Below, one piece after another: positions 62,117-64,000 of a DNA stretch of 64,000 nucleotides. The first letter of the stretch is position 1, and the number at the start of each line of letters is the position of its first letter. A program made the translations under genes and the position numbers. This DNA comes from Lytechinus pictus (lineage: Eukaryota): the NCBI RefSeq assembly GCF_037042905.1, contig NC_087258.1, positions 20,088,001 to 20,152,000 on the forward strand. Direction: 5' to 3'. A model generated the notes under the pieces. It searched no databases and had not been told where the DNA came from. It saw only the letters and a program-made list of their open reading frames with translations.

Positions 62117-63207
62117 CCACACTCGAAGTTATTTCGTTGTATGAGTTTATTTCATAAATATATTGCAAAAAACATTTCGTGTCTCCATGTCTGGTGTTCT
62201 TGCAAGATATTGACTTTGATGATAAGCATCCTTTCAACGTGAACCTTGTAAAGATTGTTCTTTTGTAGAACCTATAAACCATGTTCCAGCGTATCTTATA
62301 CCGCTTTCAGTAACTGGCTGGTCCAGACTAGGCTGGCTAAGTCGGAAAATTTTGAGTTTATGAATGGCGCGGGCTTAACTAACCCGCGCCTGGAACGGGC
62401 TATTCAGGTGCTGTTTTTAGCAACACCAGACCAGGGCCATCCCTTATCAGCCCGAGGCTTTTGGTGGTTGATCATAAAAGTATCGCTACCCTGCTATATT
62501 GTTACTGAACGCTTGTGATGCGGAGTATTTTAGTGCGGGCCTGGTGCAGACCAAAAAATCACGATTTACTGAAAACGGAATTATATTGTTTCTATGAGTT
62601 GATTGTTCTTTAATTTTCAGACCAAAGAGAAACATACGAACCTGATGAGACAGTATGCAGTGCTTTTTTTATGAATTGATTAGTCAGATATCACTACTGT
62701 AGAATTAAGGAGATATTTTTGTTTTGTTTTGTCTTTAACAGGTTCAGAAATCAGCTGAGTACATTCATGGTTAAAGTGGATTATCATTTTTTTAATTCTC
62801 GTAGAGAAAGATGATCTATATGATCTTTACCAGCATCATATATCTTTAGATTATTCTATACCCATTTTTCGTATGCTTGGCAAACAATGCAATATATGTA
62901 GGGGATCAAAATCCATCCTTCGTCAAGTTTTAAATTACTTATTGTCGTTTGAATCACTTGGTCATGACGTTGCCGGCCGGAAAGGTCACTTTCTTTAAAA
63001 AAAATGCTAGGAAATAGGCAATTATTTATGATATCATTAAGCTTTAATGAAATAAGAGAAGGGTTTCATTTTCTTTCACCGTCCCCATACCACCCCCCCC
63101 CCCCTTCATTTCCTGACAGATGCCTCTATGCATCAATCTTGAAAGATGGTTTGTTTACAGTTAATCATGCAATGTAATGTAAAAACATGTTTGTAAGCCT
63201 ACATTAA

Positions 63208-63722
63208 TATACAAATAGCGAATAGGCATGAGTGCGATGGTGCGAGATTTCGCATGAGGTGAAAGAAAGATGCTCTATTCAACGAGGCGTTAGCCGAGTT
63301 GAATAGAGTGTTTCTTTCTTTCACCGAATGCGAAATCTCGCACCATTGCACGAATACGAATATTCGCTATTTGTGTTGTACAACGCCTCGGAGTTTAGCG
63401 AATTTATGAAAAAACAAAGAGTTTTTCCTGCAGTAATCTATGAAAAGGGAGCAAAAATATGAAAAGCGAAAAGCAAAATCCCACAAGCGAACACCTCGGG
63501 CATCATTGCGCATTTAGCCAGCAGGCTATACGCGTATTGCACCTGCATTTTTACTGAGCGCAATGAATTGAATCGTATTGTGACGTCACCTCCTGAAGCC
63601 GTGCAACGGTACATTTTGGACGGTACATTTTGGATGGTACGTCTTTTGTGCAACGGTACGAATGTTTGACATTCAGCCTCCCATTTGCTCGCGTACAACA
63701 AGCTAAGTAGGCGTTGTACAAC
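63208..63722. mobile_element. Unclassified ~515-bp insertion with a long terminal hairpin
   Basis: Absent at the equivalent site of other units (CCTACATTAA|CGTCAAATATG at ~30288). Hairpin 63211-63374 centred on GAGGCGTTAGCCGAG, and a second IR GTTGTACAACGCCT / AGGCGTTGTACAAC. Confidence 0.75.
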
Positions 63723-64000
63723 TTCAAATATGATTGTAAAATGGATTATTAGGCTTATATGATTTGTTATATCATGCATAATGTGAAATTGAATGAATGA
63801 TATAAAACAGAATTAAGAAAAAGGGTTTATAATGCATATTCTCATTCTTTTTGCCTTGCTTCTCTCTCTCTTCTTCCCTCTATTTCCCTTTCTCTCACTT
63901 TCCCTTTCTTTACTTCGCCCACCTTCAATCTCTAATTTCTGTCTATATTTGACTTCTCTCTTTTCGCTCGTATACGTTGTCTTTTCATCCTTCCTCTTCA

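Overview
AT-rich eukaryotic (animal) genomic DNA, not prokaryotic. The repeat types and receptor style suggest an invertebrate deuterostome such as a sea urchin (inference). The window holds a tandem cluster of intronless rhodopsin-class (class A) GPCR genes. One divergent gene lies on the minus strand (1293-2264). Seven closely related paralogues lie on the plus strand: five have intact ORFs and two are pseudogenes, and most sit in a duplicated unit roughly 9-12 kb long. The units are heavily invaded by mobile DNA: (i) an intact, very young Gmr1-type Gypsy LTR retrotransposon with inverted pol order (PR-IN-RT-RH); (ii) a decayed Gypsy element carrying a nested hAT insertion; (iii) a foldback element that supplies a GPCR stop codon; (iv) CR1/L2-group LINEs, tRNA-derived SINEs and many MITEs with clear TSDs; (v) a Penelope-like (GIY-YIG) fragment with a complete hammerhead ribozyme fold. 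The most unusual signal is a set of small modules lodged in (TA)n tracts: a 72-nt canonical cloverleaf with a UCA (UGA-reading) anticodon and T6 terminator (two copies), an adjacent 35-bp repeat array that folds back on itself, and 80-bp hammerhead-core modules. Together these may form a non-autonomous, Penelope-mobilised tRNA/ribozyme element. Two assembly gaps (3638-3803, 31008-31135) limit interpretation.
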